Shown: positions 1 to 10,594 of the stretch, one piece after another | How positions within the stretch are numbered: position 1 is the first letter of the stretch | Layout of the letters: the number at the start of each line of letters is the position of its first letter | Source: an uncultured Candidatus Saccharibacteria bacterium | Lineage (GTDB): Bacteria > Patescibacteriota > CAZHWT01 | Direction: 5' to 3' | NCBI GenBank assembly: GCA_964536215.1 | Contig: CAZHWT010000002.1 | Location: 20,573 to 84,572, forward strand | DNA: 64,000 bases | Made by a program: the position numbers and the translations under genes | Notes under the pieces: generated by a model | Seen by the model: the letters and a program-made list of their open reading frames with translations, nothing else | What the model was told of the DNA's origin: nothing | Database searches by the model: none

Positions 1-35
1 GTCTAGATTGCCTAGTAAACTATAACCATAGACTA

Positions 36-67
36 AAATAAATAGCCATTTAAATGGCTATTTATTT
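36..67. repeat. 32-bp perfect palindrome AAATAAATAGCCATTTAAATGGCTATTTATTT; member of a dispersed family
   Basis: Read directly; related copies at ~17006, 18343, 33552, 41770 and 50599. Confidence 0.85.
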
Positions 68-1460
68 AAATCCCCAGCCTCGTCCGCAAGGCTGCTTGTT
101 CGCCGGCGGTTGGCCAAATATTAAAGGTGCACCCACCCAAATAGACCGACTGCTGCATCATAATCGGCGCCGGCTGCCCCGTGGCTGGGCAACCCACATG
201 GCCAAAACCCAACTGATGTCCCACTTCGTGATTCACCGCCATAATTCGGTAGTCTTCAATTGACATGCCAGTGGCATTAAAAGTGGCTGTGCCATTTAAC
301 CACCGGTCGTAGTTTATTAGCACATTAGGTTTAACCGTACAGCTCCACGTCGTATCGCACCCTCCACCAAAGCTGGTCATAAACGGCGCTGCTACCAGCC
401 AGACGGTAAAGTTGCAGCCTGCCGTGGCTTGGGTAAAGGTAACTCGACCACCCGCACTCCAGCCACGTGGGTCATTGAGCGCCTGGTTAACCTTGTCGCC
501 CAAGGCTGACAATAAGCTACTATCGACACCCTTAACCGCCACACAGTAGCGGAAGGTCCGGCCAATTGTGACGGCGGTCAATTCAATAGTAGCTGGCTGA
601 CCGCTTTGAATTGCCGATACGGTTTTGGCTGTTGCCGCAGCCACGTTACCAACCGAGATACCAAACTCCTTGCCGGTGCCAACAATGGTGGTGCTAACTT
701 CGGCTGAGTTTATTTGTGGCTGATTCTGCCTGACCGCAAACCAATCATGTTTTTCTTTGTCAGTAATAACTTTTGATTTATCCCTATACGTGTAGGTAAT
801 TGCTGTAGTCTGTTGCGATTGCGCCGTGGCTAAAGCTTCCTCTAGACTGTCAGCGGTTATCTTAGCTGGTAGTGTTTCGATGGGTAGGACGATGGTGGTC
901 TGACCTTTCTGTAACGCCGACTGCAAGGCTGCTTTAGCCGACGCCACATCCAGGTGCTGGCCAGCTTGGGCTGGTTTAAGCGTAAACTCTCCCTCACTAT
1001 GCTCCAGAGCCGCGTCAACGGGTTGTCGCTCCACCTTTTTAGCCATCTCAGTAAGAGCTGTATCTGGCTGGCCGGTAAGCTTCATCGCCAGAGGCGCCAC
1101 GTGTGGCTGCCACAGTTCCCATAGTGGTAGCCATGAAGAAAAGCTATTCAAATGGCGGGAGATTAGCTCCGAATCAAGCTGGACGGTCAATTGTTTGGGG
1201 GTAAATTCGCGATGCACATCCGCCGCCTGCAGCAAAATGCGTTTAGGCAGCAGCTTCACCTTGGCCTCGTTCCAATCCTGGTCAATTGCCGTTATATCTA
1301 CCGCTCGGTTGCCAACTTTAGTGTTGGGGTAGGTAAAAGCCGAAAAATACCACGCCAGCAGGAAATTGGTGCCAATGATAAAAATGAAAAGCAATCCAGT
1401 TATAGCGGCCGCCCATTGCCAGGTGGTCTTAGGCCAAAACTTCTTAATGGTTGTCAGCAT
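66..1460 (-). CDS. Membrane-anchored protein with a putative peptidoglycan-binding (YoaR/VanW-like) region and a C-terminal DUF3152-type zinc metallopeptidase
   Basis: N-terminal TM helix; LNDPRGW, INYDRW and HEVGHQLGFGH...PIMMQQ motifs typical of DUF3152. Confidence 0.8.
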   Translation of the reverse strand: MLTTIKKFWPKTTWQWAAAITGLLFIFIIGTNFLLAWYFSAFTYPNTKVGNRAVDITAIDQDWNEAKVKLLPKRILLQAADVHREFTPKQLTVQLDSELISRHLNSFSSWLPLWELWQPHVAPLAMKLTGQPDTALTEMAKKVERQPVDAALEHSEGEFTLKPAQAGQHLDVASAKAALQSALQKGQTTIVLPIETLPAKITADSLEEALATAQSQQTTAITYTYRDKSKVITDKEKHDWFAVRQNQPQINSAEVSTTIVGTGKEFGISVGNVAAATAKTVSAIQSGQPATIELTAVTIGRTFRYCVAVKGVDSSLLSALGDKVNQALNDPRGWSAGGRVTFTQATAGCNFTVWLVAAPFMTSFGGGCDTTWSCTVKPNVLINYDRWLNGTATFNATGMSIEDYRIMAVNHEVGHQLGFGHVGCPATGQPAPIMMQQSVYLGGCTFNIWPTAGEQAALRTRLGI

Positions 1461-1625
1461 GCCTAAATAGTATAGCCTATCCTGAATAAAAAAGCAGGCA
1501 GCCTAAATGAAAGTCCCACTGCTCATCTATCCGCCAGGGGGAAGTCGAATATGGGACTGCAGGCAGGTGGTCCCTGTTGGCGCACTCTTTGCATTTTGCT
1601 ACCACATTGGTATCTTATATAGATA

Positions 1626-2303
1626 ATGTCAGATCGCCTGCACAGAATAGTCGCTATTTTTTACCACATGACCGAGCGCCAGATGGCTATATCTGTCGCC
1701 TTAATTGCCTTTACGCTACTAGCGACCACTATTGCACTGCGCGGACACGTTCCGTTTGACTCAGCTGTTTTAACCTGGCTCAATAGCTTTTCATCGAGCT
1801 GGTTGGACGGCCTAATGCTAGGGATTACTCGTTTTGGGTATCCCTATGGTTTCTTTGGCGTCCTGGCTATTGCTATTGTCATCCTATATTGGCAAAGCCG
1901 CTGGCGCGACCTGGCCTTTCTGGCTATTGCTGCGTTATTCTCGGCTCCGCTAAACAGCCTCATTAAACTGCTCTTCGACCGACCCCGTCCCGATTTATGG
2001 CTGTCCATCGCTCCCGAGACTGATTCCAGTTTTCCCAGTGGCCACACCATGCTAACCGCTTCGTTGTTTTTGGCTCTGACTGCCTTGGCCTGGCAGAGCC
2101 GTTGGCGCTGGCCGGTTTTGGCATGTAGTAGTCTGGTGATTGGTCTCGTCGCTCTGTCTCGACTCTACCTAGGCGTTCACTTTCCGTCCGATGTTGTAGC
2201 TGGAGCTGCTGCGGCTGTGGTCTGGGTAGGCTTTCTTTATACTATCTGGTACAACAAAAATAGAAAAATAAAATGTGAAACGAAAAATACGAAACAAACC
2301 TAA
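1626..2303 (+). CDS. PAP2-family membrane phosphatase
   Basis: KxxxxRPRP, SFPSGH and SRLYLGVHFPSD motifs. Confidence 0.92.
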   Translation: MSDRLHRIVAIFYHMTERQMAISVALIAFTLLATTIALRGHVPFDSAVLTWLNSFSSSWLDGLMLGITRFGYPYGFFGVLAIAIVILYWQSRWRDLAFLAIAALFSAPLNSLIKLLFDRPRPDLWLSIAPETDSSFPSGHTMLTASLFLALTALAWQSRWRWPVLACSSLVIGLVALSRLYLGVHFPSDVVAGAAAAVVWVGFLYTIWYNKNRKIKCETKNTKQT

Positions 2304-2412
2304 ACTAAGAAGCTAGAAAGCTTTCTTATTTTAATACTCAGATTTGTTTCGTTTTTCGAGTTTTATATTTCCCACTACTCTTCGCATCTGTATGCGCAGA
2401 CAGGAATTTTCT

Positions 2413-2715
2413 CTAAAGGTCGGCTTCAGCTTTGCTTATAGCTATTTGCGGTCGTAGTAGGAAGTAATTAGCCACCGCTGCCAAAGTCAGATAAATGCCC
2501 GCCTTGGCACAGGTTGCCAAAATACTATCTGAAGTCATGACTGATAATGCTACTCCTGTACCAATCTCCCAAACCGTCAGGCCGGTAATGCCAGCCGCTG
2601 CCCAGCGATGATACGTGTCCTTCTTGCTCATCATTAAGCCAGCCGCAGTCAATAATGCCCCGGCAAATACTACCGCTCCGGCCAAATGAAAACTTAATAC
2701 TGTTGATATATCCAT
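2413..2715 (-). CDS. Small membrane protein (about 3 TM), unknown function
   Basis: 100-aa hydrophobic ORF with AAGGAG RBS, downstream of cyoD. Confidence 0.7.
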   Translation of the reverse strand: MDISTVLSFHLAGAVVFAGALLTAAGLMMSKKDTYHRWAAAGITGLTVWEIGTGVALSVMTSDSILATCAKAGIYLTLAAVANYFLLRPQIAISKAEADL

Positions 2716-2779
2716 AAAAAACTCCTTCTTGTGTGGTATAGGTTAATTGGTTACTTACTTAGTTAGTTAGTTCGCTTAC

Positions 2780-2800
2780 TTCCGCCAGAGGTGGACAGGC
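2780..2800. repeat. REP-like palindrome TCCGCCAGAGG(T/C)GGAC; two more copies at 47483-47531
   Basis: Near-identical sequence seen three times. Confidence 0.7.
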
Positions 2801-2847
2801 TATGCGTTGTTATTCGCATAACTACAAACGATAAACTATTCGCAATC

Positions 2848-3228
2848 TTATCTAAATATATTCTCCTCTTTCATGAGGTAATTGTTCATCTCTGATGGCA
2901 TCATCAGGTAATTAAGGTGATACATTATCCAGAGCGATCCCAATACAACCATAGCAATAATACCAGCTGTAATGAACAGAAACTGCAAGTTCCAGCGCGG
3001 TTTAGCCTCTTGACCTAAATGGAGGAAAAAGTAAAACTGGATCACCATTTGCACCAGGGCTAGGCCCACTATTCCAAAAACTAACACCTCTCCCTTAGCC
3101 CAACCCTGCTGGACGGCCAGATAGGCCATGAGGGTCAAGATAATTGATAAGCCAAATCCGGTTACATAGGACCAGATTGTGGCCGGTTTAAGCTCAGCCT
3201 GGATAGCCTGATTACTGCCTTCAGTCAT
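2848..3228 (-). CDS. cyoD: Cytochrome bo3 ubiquinol oxidase subunit IV
   Basis: YVTGFGLSIILT, FFLHL and GSLWIMYHLNY motifs; operon position. Confidence 0.93.
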   Translation of the reverse strand: MTEGSNQAIQAELKPATIWSYVTGFGLSIILTLMAYLAVQQGWAKGEVLVFGIVGLALVQMVIQFYFFLHLGQEAKPRWNLQFLFITAGIIAMVVLGSLWIMYHLNYLMMPSEMNNYLMKEENIFR

Positions 3229-3822
3229 TTAGATTGCCCCCATTAAATACACAATGGTAAAAATAAAAATCCAAACCACGTCTAAAAAGTGCCAAAATAC
3301 GCTCAAGAGCGTTAATTTGCGCATAGCGCTATTGGTTAAGCCTTTGGCGCAGACATAGCCAAATAAAATCCCCAACCATAATAACCCAACCGCGATATGG
3401 ATACCATGGGTGCCAACTAGGCTAAAAAATGAAGTCAAAAAAGCGCTGCGTTGAGCCGTAAACCCTTCGCTAATAAGATGTCCAAACTCCGATAATTCCA
3501 TACCCAGAAAGGCTGCCCCTAGCACAAACGTGGCCCCCATCCACACCAAAGTCTGAGCTTTATGATTTCGGCGCATAGCCAGAACCGCCAGTCCACTAGT
3601 AAAACTACTGGTTAACAAAATTATTGTCTCTATCAACACAAACTGTAAGTCAAAAATATCCTTACCAACTGGCCCATCCCAAACCCCATCACGCAATACC
3701 ATAAAACAAGCAAATAAGACGCTAAAGATAATTAAGTCGGTCATTAAATACAGCCAAAAGCCAAAATAGACCTTGTCTGTCAATCCGCCGGCATGCTCAG
3801 TTGTAGAAGTGTGTTGAGACAT
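3229..3822 (-). CDS. cyoC: Cytochrome bo3 ubiquinol oxidase subunit III
   Basis: FGFWLYLMTD, LVGTHGIH and FWHFLDVVW motifs. Confidence 0.95.
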   Translation of the reverse strand: MSQHTSTTEHAGGLTDKVYFGFWLYLMTDLIIFSVLFACFMVLRDGVWDGPVGKDIFDLQFVLIETIILLTSSFTSGLAVLAMRRNHKAQTLVWMGATFVLGAAFLGMELSEFGHLISEGFTAQRSAFLTSFFSLVGTHGIHIAVGLLWLGILFGYVCAKGLTNSAMRKLTLLSVFWHFLDVVWIFIFTIVYLMGAI

Positions 3823-3934
3823 AAGTTAGTTTATGGTTTTTAGTTTTATGGTTCGTAGTAATTAGAATAGTTGCATATTCGCAGCATTCGGATTGCCATT
3901 CGTAATTCGGATGCTCCCTATTTGTATATTCGCA

Positions 3935-5920
3935 TCACACATGTATATAAGCTGACTCGCGCGGGTTTTTCTCCATTTTCTCCAATTCCTTGGCTGTAAT
4001 TGTATACTCGGTTTCATCATCAAAAGCTCGAACGATAAAGCTAACCAAGGCAATTAATCCGCCTAGCACAGCCAGCCACCACATATGCCAGACCATAGCA
4101 AAGCCCAAGATAAAGATGCCACCAGAGATGTAAATACCCGCGCCCGTATTCTTCGGCATATGGATATCTTGGTACTGTGGCGTTGCCTTTTTACCCAACT
4201 TCTTCATAGCCCAGAATGGGTCTCTATCTGTGACTTCTGGCAGCACCGCAAAGTTGTATGCCGGCGGTGGTGAAGCTGTGGCCCATTCTAAAGATTTACC
4301 ATTCCACGGGTCGCCCGTCACATCAATATTCTGCTTGCGCTGCCTAAAGCTGACATAGATTTGCATCACTTGAACCGCCACCGCCGCGCAAATTACCAAG
4401 CTGCCAATTCCAGCCACAATAAAGAGCGGCTGCCAGCCTAGCGACGGATCGTAGTGATCCAGGCGGCGCGTAGCGCCCATAATGCCCAGGATATACAGCG
4501 GTACAAATGAAAGATAGAATCCGGCCAACCATAGCCAGAAGGCATATTTACCTAGCCGCTCATTCAATTTGAAACCCATAACCTTGGGGAACCAGTAAGT
4601 AATACCGGCAAAGATGCCAAAGAGTGCGCCGCCAACCACCATAGTGTGAAAGTGGGCCACCAGGAATAAACTGTTATGGACCTGGAAGTCAATCCCTGGT
4701 ACTCCCAACATGACGCCTGTCACGCCGCCAAATGAGAAGGTAGCTAAGAAACCAAAGAACCAGTACATTGGTGAGGCAAACACAATTCGACCTTTATACA
4801 GCGTCATGAGCCAATTAAAGATCAGCGTGGCGGTCGGAATGGCAATCAGTATGGTCATAATACTAAAGAAGGTATTGACATTGGCTCCCGACCCCATGGT
4901 GAAGAAGTGATGCAGCCAGACCAGCATAGATAAGAACATTACCCCGAAGGCGCTGGCTATTGATAAAGCATAGCCAAACAGACGCTTTTGCGAGAATGTC
5001 GACACGATTTCAGAGTAAATACCAAACACTGGCAAGATCAACACGTAAATCTCCGGGTGTCCCCAAGTCCAGATCAAGTTGACATACATCATTGGGTTGC
5101 CGCCGCCCTCAGCGGTGAAAAAGTGGAAGCCAAACATTCGATCCAAAGATAGGGCCGCAATGGTGGCGCTCAGGATGGGGAAAATGGCCAGCACAATCAA
5201 CATGCTAAACAAGCTAGTCCAGACAAAAATTGGCATTCGCCACAGCGTCATGCCTGGAGCTCGCATTTTGAGAATCGTCATAATAAAGTTAATACCACCC
5301 AGCGTCGTCCCAAGTCCGGACACCTGCAGGCTCCAGATCCAGTAGTCTACCCCCACCCCCGGGCTAAACTTAATCCCGGACAGTGGTGACACTGCCAGCC
5401 AGCCAGCCGCTGAAAACTCTCCCCCGATCACAAAGAACATATTGATCAAAACGGCTCCGGCGACGTACAGCCAGAATCCCAGCGTATTAAGCAAAGGTGA
5501 GGCCACATCACGTGCGCCAATTTGCAGCGGAATAATAATATTCAGCAAGCCAAACAGAAACCCCATGGTCACAAAGAAGACCATAATATTACCGTGAGCC
5601 GTAAATATCTGTTGGAAGTGATCAGCGCTCAAGTAGCCCTGACTCCCAGAAGCCAGTGCCTGTTGTCCCCAGATCATGACCGCGTCCATACCGCCCCGAA
5701 CGAACATCAAAAAAGCCACAATGATGTACATAATGCCGATCTTCTTAGGATCGGTTGAGGTTAACCAATTCTTCCACAGCCACGTCCACTTTTTGGTCAG
5801 GGTTAAGTAGGCTGCTGCTGTCAGCATCATGCCAGTCACGGCGACGGCACCGCCAATGGTAAACCACTCATGCGGTAGCGCTGCCCAAGTTAATCGTCCA
5901 AAAATAAGTTGCCAATCCAT
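3935..5920 (-). CDS. cyoB: Cytochrome bo3 ubiquinol oxidase subunit I
   Basis: Heme-copper ligands WGHPEIY, VWLHH and AHFH; quinol-site RGGMD and H-x-x-Q-IFTAH. Confidence 0.97.
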   Translation of the reverse strand: MDWQLIFGRLTWAALPHEWFTIGGAVAVTGMMLTAAAYLTLTKKWTWLWKNWLTSTDPKKIGIMYIIVAFLMFVRGGMDAVMIWGQQALASGSQGYLSADHFQQIFTAHGNIMVFFVTMGFLFGLLNIIIPLQIGARDVASPLLNTLGFWLYVAGAVLINMFFVIGGEFSAAGWLAVSPLSGIKFSPGVGVDYWIWSLQVSGLGTTLGGINFIMTILKMRAPGMTLWRMPIFVWTSLFSMLIVLAIFPILSATIAALSLDRMFGFHFFTAEGGGNPMMYVNLIWTWGHPEIYVLILPVFGIYSEIVSTFSQKRLFGYALSIASAFGVMFLSMLVWLHHFFTMGSGANVNTFFSIMTILIAIPTATLIFNWLMTLYKGRIVFASPMYWFFGFLATFSFGGVTGVMLGVPGIDFQVHNSLFLVAHFHTMVVGGALFGIFAGITYWFPKVMGFKLNERLGKYAFWLWLAGFYLSFVPLYILGIMGATRRLDHYDPSLGWQPLFIVAGIGSLVICAAVAVQVMQIYVSFRQRKQNIDVTGDPWNGKSLEWATASPPPAYNFAVLPEVTDRDPFWAMKKLGKKATPQYQDIHMPKNTGAGIYISGGIFILGFAMVWHMWWLAVLGGLIALVSFIVRAFDDETEYTITAKELEKMEKNPRESAYIHV

Positions 5921-6045
5921 AATATAGTCAATTCGTTAATTCAACACTTCGCTATTCAAAACATTCGCACATTCGCACCATTCGAGTGCAATATGCGTAT
6001 CATTCGTATCCAAAATTAGCATATACGCCTCTAATACCATTACTA

Positions 6046-6981
6046 CTAATGCTCCATCATCTCCATGTGATCCATGCTCATAGGTGTTGGCGACGCCATT
6101 GCGTCAGTGGGGTGCCCCATACCACCTTCAGGCATAAACTTCATAATAATAGTATCATACAAGCCTGCCTGATACCCATAGTAGCTCTTTGGGTCCACCT
6201 TGTCGCTAGGCTTAGCCAGCCGCGTATAATTATCCAAACTCAAAAAGTCTGCCCCGGTCTTAGTTGTTGCCACCCACGTCTTAAAGTCAGCTTCAGACAC
6301 CGATTTAGCCTTAAATCTCATGCTGGCAAACCCCTCGCCGCTAATTTCAGCCGTTGCTCCTTCATAAATACCCGGCTTGTCAGCCATCAAATGAAGCTTA
6401 GTCACCATTCCCTCCATGGCGTATACCTGACCAGCTAGCTGAGGAATCCAGAATGAATTCATCGGTGCATCAGCCGTTAGCTCAAACGTAATAGGGGTAT
6501 TGGCTGGAAAAACTACTTCATTAACCGTGGCCACCTGCTGGTCCGGATACAAGAATAACCACTTCCATTGCAAAGCCACTACTTGAATAACTACTGGCGT
6601 TTTACCGCCATCCAGTGGCCGATACGGATCTAGTTGGTGTGTTGTCTTCCAAGAGGCTACTCCTAATACGCCTATAATCGCCACCGTTACGGCAAACCAG
6701 GCCAAGGATACTTTTTTGTTATAGAGCACTTCTGGGGCATAGTCGGCCTTTGGGTTGTCGGCCCGATATTTAATGGCCACATAAATAGCAAAAGTGAATA
6801 TTGGCACCAAGCCAAATAAGCTCAGCAAGACGGCAAATAAGAACAGACCATGCATCTGATTAGCAATCAAGCCAGCCGGCTGGAATAAAGCCACCGTCTT
6901 GCCTGGAAAATACCACACACCAGCTGCCACCAGCAGTATGACTAACAACAGTAAAAGTGGGATGAGTAATTTCTTAGACAT
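6046..6981 (-). CDS. cyoA: Cytochrome bo3 ubiquinol oxidase subunit II
   Basis: LDPYRPL, WKWLFLYP and MNSFWIPQLAGQVYAM; no CuA motif; start placed at MSKKLL. Confidence 0.93.
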   Translation of the reverse strand: MSKKLLIPLLLLLVILLVAAGVWYFPGKTVALFQPAGLIANQMHGLFLFAVLLSLFGLVPIFTFAIYVAIKYRADNPKADYAPEVLYNKKVSLAWFAVTVAIIGVLGVASWKTTHQLDPYRPLDGGKTPVVIQVVALQWKWLFLYPDQQVATVNEVVFPANTPITFELTADAPMNSFWIPQLAGQVYAMEGMVTKLHLMADKPGIYEGATAEISGEGFASMRFKAKSVSEADFKTWVATTKTGADFLSLDNYTRLAKPSDKVDPKSYYGYQAGLYDTIIMKFMPEGGMGHPTDAMASPTPMSMDHMEMMEH

Positions 6982-7132
6982 ACAAAAATCAGGCAATCGT
7001 CTATTACCAATATAGCACCGAGCTGACGACCATGGCAAGGTAGTCGAATTAAAATTGATTGTGTTCGTAATATGTAGGTGAATGGGGTAAAACTCTCATT
7101 CAAATTCTACCTAACATCCTGTATACTGTTTT

Positions 7133-7170
7133 CGTTAATCGTTAATCGTTAATCGTTAATCGTTAATCGT
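7133..7170. repeat. Tandem heptamer (CGTTAAT)x5 in the divergent cyoA/cyoE intergenic region
   Basis: Read directly. Confidence 0.9.
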
Positions 7171-7187
7171 ACGTTGCTAATCGCAAA

Positions 7188-8051
7188 ATGTCTTTCCTTA
7201 AACCATACTTCACTCTCACTAAGCCCGGCGTTATGTTTGGTAACGCTATCACGGTGGCCGCTGGATACTTATTAGCTGCGCGCGGCCAGATAGATTGGTG
7301 GCTGCTGGTAGCCGTTTTTGTTGGGAGTACGCTGGTTATCGCTTCTGCTTGTGTTACTAATAACATCCTCGACCGAGACATTGACGCCAAAATGGAGCGT
7401 ACGAAAAAGCGCCCCTCCGTCTCCGGTCAAGTATCGGTTAATCACTCCATCATCCTGGCTCTCATTTTGGGCTTGGCCGGCCTGGCCATCCTGCTTGCCT
7501 TTACTAATATCCTTGTGGTTGGGTTGGGCCTCATTGGCTTTATTGATTACGTTTGGTTCTATGGTGCCTGGTCTAAGCGTAAATCTGTCCACGGCACTTT
7601 AGTCGGCAGTATTTCTGGTGCCATCCCAGTCTTGGCTGGATACGTAGCCGTCACTAATCAAATCGATCTGGGAGCAGTGCTGGCTTTTCTGGCCGTGTTT
7701 CTTTGGCAACAACCAGAGTTCTATTCCATTGCCCTCTATCGTCGCAATGAATATGCCGCTGCCGGAGTCCCCGTAATTTCTGTCGTCAAAGGCGCAGTCT
7801 CAACTAAAAAACAAATTTTAGTCTACTTGGCGGCCTTTGCCCTGGTCTGCATCGCTTTAACTAATTTTGGATATACCGGCTACACTTTTTTAGCTGTCAT
7901 GTCGGCACACAATTTGTATTGGTTATGGTTGGGAATGAGTAATTTTACCACCCTGTCCGACGATAAATGGGGTCGTACTATGTTCCGCCAGGCCATGATC
8001 TCTATCTTACTCCTGTCAATTATGATGTCAGTCGGCTCCATCTTGCCGTAG
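7188..8051 (+). CDS. cyoE: Protoheme IX farnesyltransferase (heme O synthase)
   Basis: LTKPG, NNILDRDIDAKMERTKKRP and FLWQQPEF motifs. Confidence 0.95.
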   Translation: MSFLKPYFTLTKPGVMFGNAITVAAGYLLAARGQIDWWLLVAVFVGSTLVIASACVTNNILDRDIDAKMERTKKRPSVSGQVSVNHSIILALILGLAGLAILLAFTNILVVGLGLIGFIDYVWFYGAWSKRKSVHGTLVGSISGAIPVLAGYVAVTNQIDLGAVLAFLAVFLWQQPEFYSIALYRRNEYAAAGVPVISVVKGAVSTKKQILVYLAAFALVCIALTNFGYTGYTFLAVMSAHNLYWLWLGMSNFTTLSDDKWGRTMFRQAMISILLLSIMMSVGSILP

Positions 8052-8098
8052 ATCTACTACAAAAAGTAGGCGGTCACCCATGGGTGGTGACCGCCAGT

Positions 8099-8389
8099 CT
8101 AACAAGTTGTCATCGTCGGACGAATCAGCTGTTGCAAACAGTCAATTGGAGTCGATGGATTTTCTTCGAGATAGCTGCGGGCGACGGCCAGCATATCCCG
8201 CCATAGCCAATAATCGGGGTCCGACCCCAGACTACCAACTAAAACGAAGTACCTCTCCATTAATTCCGCCTGCAGACTGCTGTTCCCCTCCTCACTTGAA
8301 GCTTGCCGACGCCACATCTGCATGGTCCGGCAAGCATCCCAAAAAATTTGCTCAACCGACAGTCCTGATACACTAGCTTCGGCTGACAT
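8099..8389 (-). CDS. Hypothetical protein
   Basis: ORF with GGGAG RBS, upstream TTGAC promoter and downstream hairpin. Confidence 0.5.
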   Translation of the reverse strand: MSAEASVSGLSVEQIFWDACRTMQMWRRQASSEEGNSSLQAELMERYFVLVGSLGSDPDYWLWRDMLAVARSYLEENPSTPIDCLQQLIRPTMTTC

Positions 8390-8789
8390 ATAGTGCTCCC
8401 AGCCTTCAGACAAATAAGATGCTTGGATAGTAAATCGCCTCAAACCCCATGTCAATAGTCAAAATATCAGCCAACCATCATAGCAGTACCAAGTACAGTC
8501 TTCAAACTATTGGCCTTTCTAGAGGCCTTGTAGACCGCTACAGGCCTACTTTTAGTGGGTTCGGTTACCGTTCAAGCGCAGTCCAGAACCCTCACGCTAA
8601 ACTTCCGACTACTCTCGAAACCTAGTCCCTAGCACCTAAAACCTAACCCTTCCCCCCGTTCGAGCGCAATCGGGAACTCTCTCCCGATTACCTTTGTCTA
8701 ATCGATAAAGCGAAGCATAGCATAAGGTGAATGACATAAAAAAAATGAGGCGCCGAAAATCCGGCGCATTTCCAATCTCCTTATTCCTC

Positions 8790-9362
8790 CTATAGCGACT
8801 CTTGCAAGCGAAGCCTCCGCTGTAGACCGTTGATGCAGCGCTCCAGCTTCATCCGGAGTTCATCGGCTTGGACCACAATCGTGTCGATCTGGCTCTGATG
8901 CAACTCAGCAGCATAGCTGAAATGCTGAATCTCTCGCTGCACCATTGTCGCGGCTAGCTGATCGTTGTTCCGCAGCGTTGCAAGCCATGTCTCAAGGTCA
9001 TAATCGTTGTTAGAGCTGTTATGCCAAGCCAGGCGGTTCATCTCTCGCCGGCTAAATCGGTGTAAGACCGGAAAGACGCCCTTGGCTGCGAATGTGTTGA
9101 GCAACTCCTGCAAAGGGTTTAGGCGGAGCGCATAGATCTTTTGGACCTGCTGCGCAGGCTCAAACAACTCCGCAAAGCTATGATAGTTGAAGGCTAATTG
9201 GAATTGTTTTCCAATTGACCGAGCCTCTGCGAGCACCTTGTTTAATGACCTAACCGGAGGATCAGCTATTGCCTCTCTGCAGATAGCAGATATCTCTTCT
9301 TGCCAAGCGGTTAGCGGCTTCTCCCAGCACTGCCCATCGGTCACATCAAAGCTATCCGACAT
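8790..9362 (-). CDS. Hypothetical helical protein
   Basis: 190-aa ORF with GAGGTG RBS and downstream terminator-like hairpin. Confidence 0.65.
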   Translation of the reverse strand: MSDSFDVTDGQCWEKPLTAWQEEISAICREAIADPPVRSLNKVLAEARSIGKQFQLAFNYHSFAELFEPAQQVQKIYALRLNPLQELLNTFAAKGVFPVLHRFSRREMNRLAWHNSSNNDYDLETWLATLRNNDQLAATMVQREIQHFSYAAELHQSQIDTIVVQADELRMKLERCINGLQRRLRLQESL

Positions 9363-9449
9363 TTCTTCACCTCACGCTGCGCTATTCGATCAAGGTTGGA
9401 CCCGTAGTCTATCAAAAAAGACACCTAATCGCCACCGTACTGCAGGGGT

Positions 9450-10052
9450 TTATTTATACATAAAAATGGTAAAATCGCGCGGCACTACGTCTGTTACTAC
9501 TTCAACTCTCGTGGCTATGGCGCTACAATAATCGGCGATTTCCTTTGGGTCGTAGGCTGCGTACGTATCATCGTCTATATGCGAATGCTTATCCAGCATG
9601 TTAAAGGCTACGGCCTTGGTGGCTGACTGGTACATATGGGAAATAGCCTGCTGATAAAATGACAAATTATCCGCCACTTTAAAACTGAGAGCGCCAGAAG
9701 CAAGCACGTAATCATACTTCTCGGTCACTTCAAAAATATCCTGTTCAATAAAGTCAGCTTGAGGGTATTTTTGTGCGGCAATACGCACAAATTCAGGCAC
9801 AATATCAATTCCAGTATAATCCACCTCAATCTGCCGCTGCAAAAAATATTTATACAAGTCGCCTAGCCCACAACCAACATCTAGTACAGAGGCACCTTGT
9901 AGGTCAGCCACAAAAGACAGCACTTTAAATCTCTCCTGCTGTACATGCCGGCCCGACCAGCGCACGCTTTTAGCGTCGCTATCGCCATATTTAGCCAGAC
10001 CTTCCCTGTAAAAATTCAATATACGATCTTGATCTTTAGAACTCAGTTTCAT
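9450..10052 (-). CDS. Class I SAM-dependent methyltransferase
   Basis: VLDVGCGLG, YTGIDI and YDYVLASG motifs; start at MKLSS. Confidence 0.9.
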   Translation of the reverse strand: MKLSSKDQDRILNFYREGLAKYGDSDAKSVRWSGRHVQQERFKVLSFVADLQGASVLDVGCGLGDLYKYFLQRQIEVDYTGIDIVPEFVRIAAQKYPQADFIEQDIFEVTEKYDYVLASGALSFKVADNLSFYQQAISHMYQSATKAVAFNMLDKHSHIDDDTYAAYDPKEIADYCSAIATRVEVVTDVVPRDFTIFMYK

Positions 10053-10089
10053 AAAAATAGGCCCTCCGCGCTGAGTCGGAGGGCAATTA

Positions 10090-10371
10090 CTAACAGTCAA
10101 ACGCGACAGTAGCCAGGTTATTTGGCATATGCAAATAGACACTTCGACGGACGACATTATTATAATGGAATCCCCACACAGGTGTCACAATTTGCACCAG
10201 GCTATCCTGCAAGCCCGACCTAATCCACTCCCCAGGATACCACCAGATTGGCGCTCGGGTCGACGGAGTATAAAAACAATACTGATCCTTGCGTGCGTTA
10301 TAGTGCATAACCACCAGAACGCAGCTCCAACCCGGGACTGTCACCATACTACCGATGGGCAATACTGTCAT
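10090..10371 (-). CDS. Hypothetical protein
   Basis: GGAGG RBS before MTVLP; downstream hairpin ~10060-10085. Confidence 0.45.
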   Translation of the reverse strand: MTVLPIGSMVTVPGWSCVLVVMHYNARKDQYCFYTPSTRAPIWWYPGEWIRSGLQDSLVQIVTPVWGFHYNNVVRRSVYLHMPNNLATVAFDC

Positions 10372-10594
10372 TGTCTTACCCTCCATGTTAGCTTGACAAA
10401 ATCCATGCCCATAAAACAATATTTAATCCGCTTAGTCAAGGGGCAATAAAACAGCTTGATATTCGAAACTCGAAACCTCTAGTTCGACTATGCATAAAAC
10501 TCATCAGCGCTAAACGCCACACGCTAAACGCTAAACGCTCCCTCATCCCCGCTTTCTTGTTGCCAACAAACTCACAGCAGTGTACTGTAGAAAC

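Noticed and set aside
8567-8680. Insertion sequence
   Set aside because: Only two short degenerate CCGTTC(A/G)AGCGCA REP-like remnants; no transposase.
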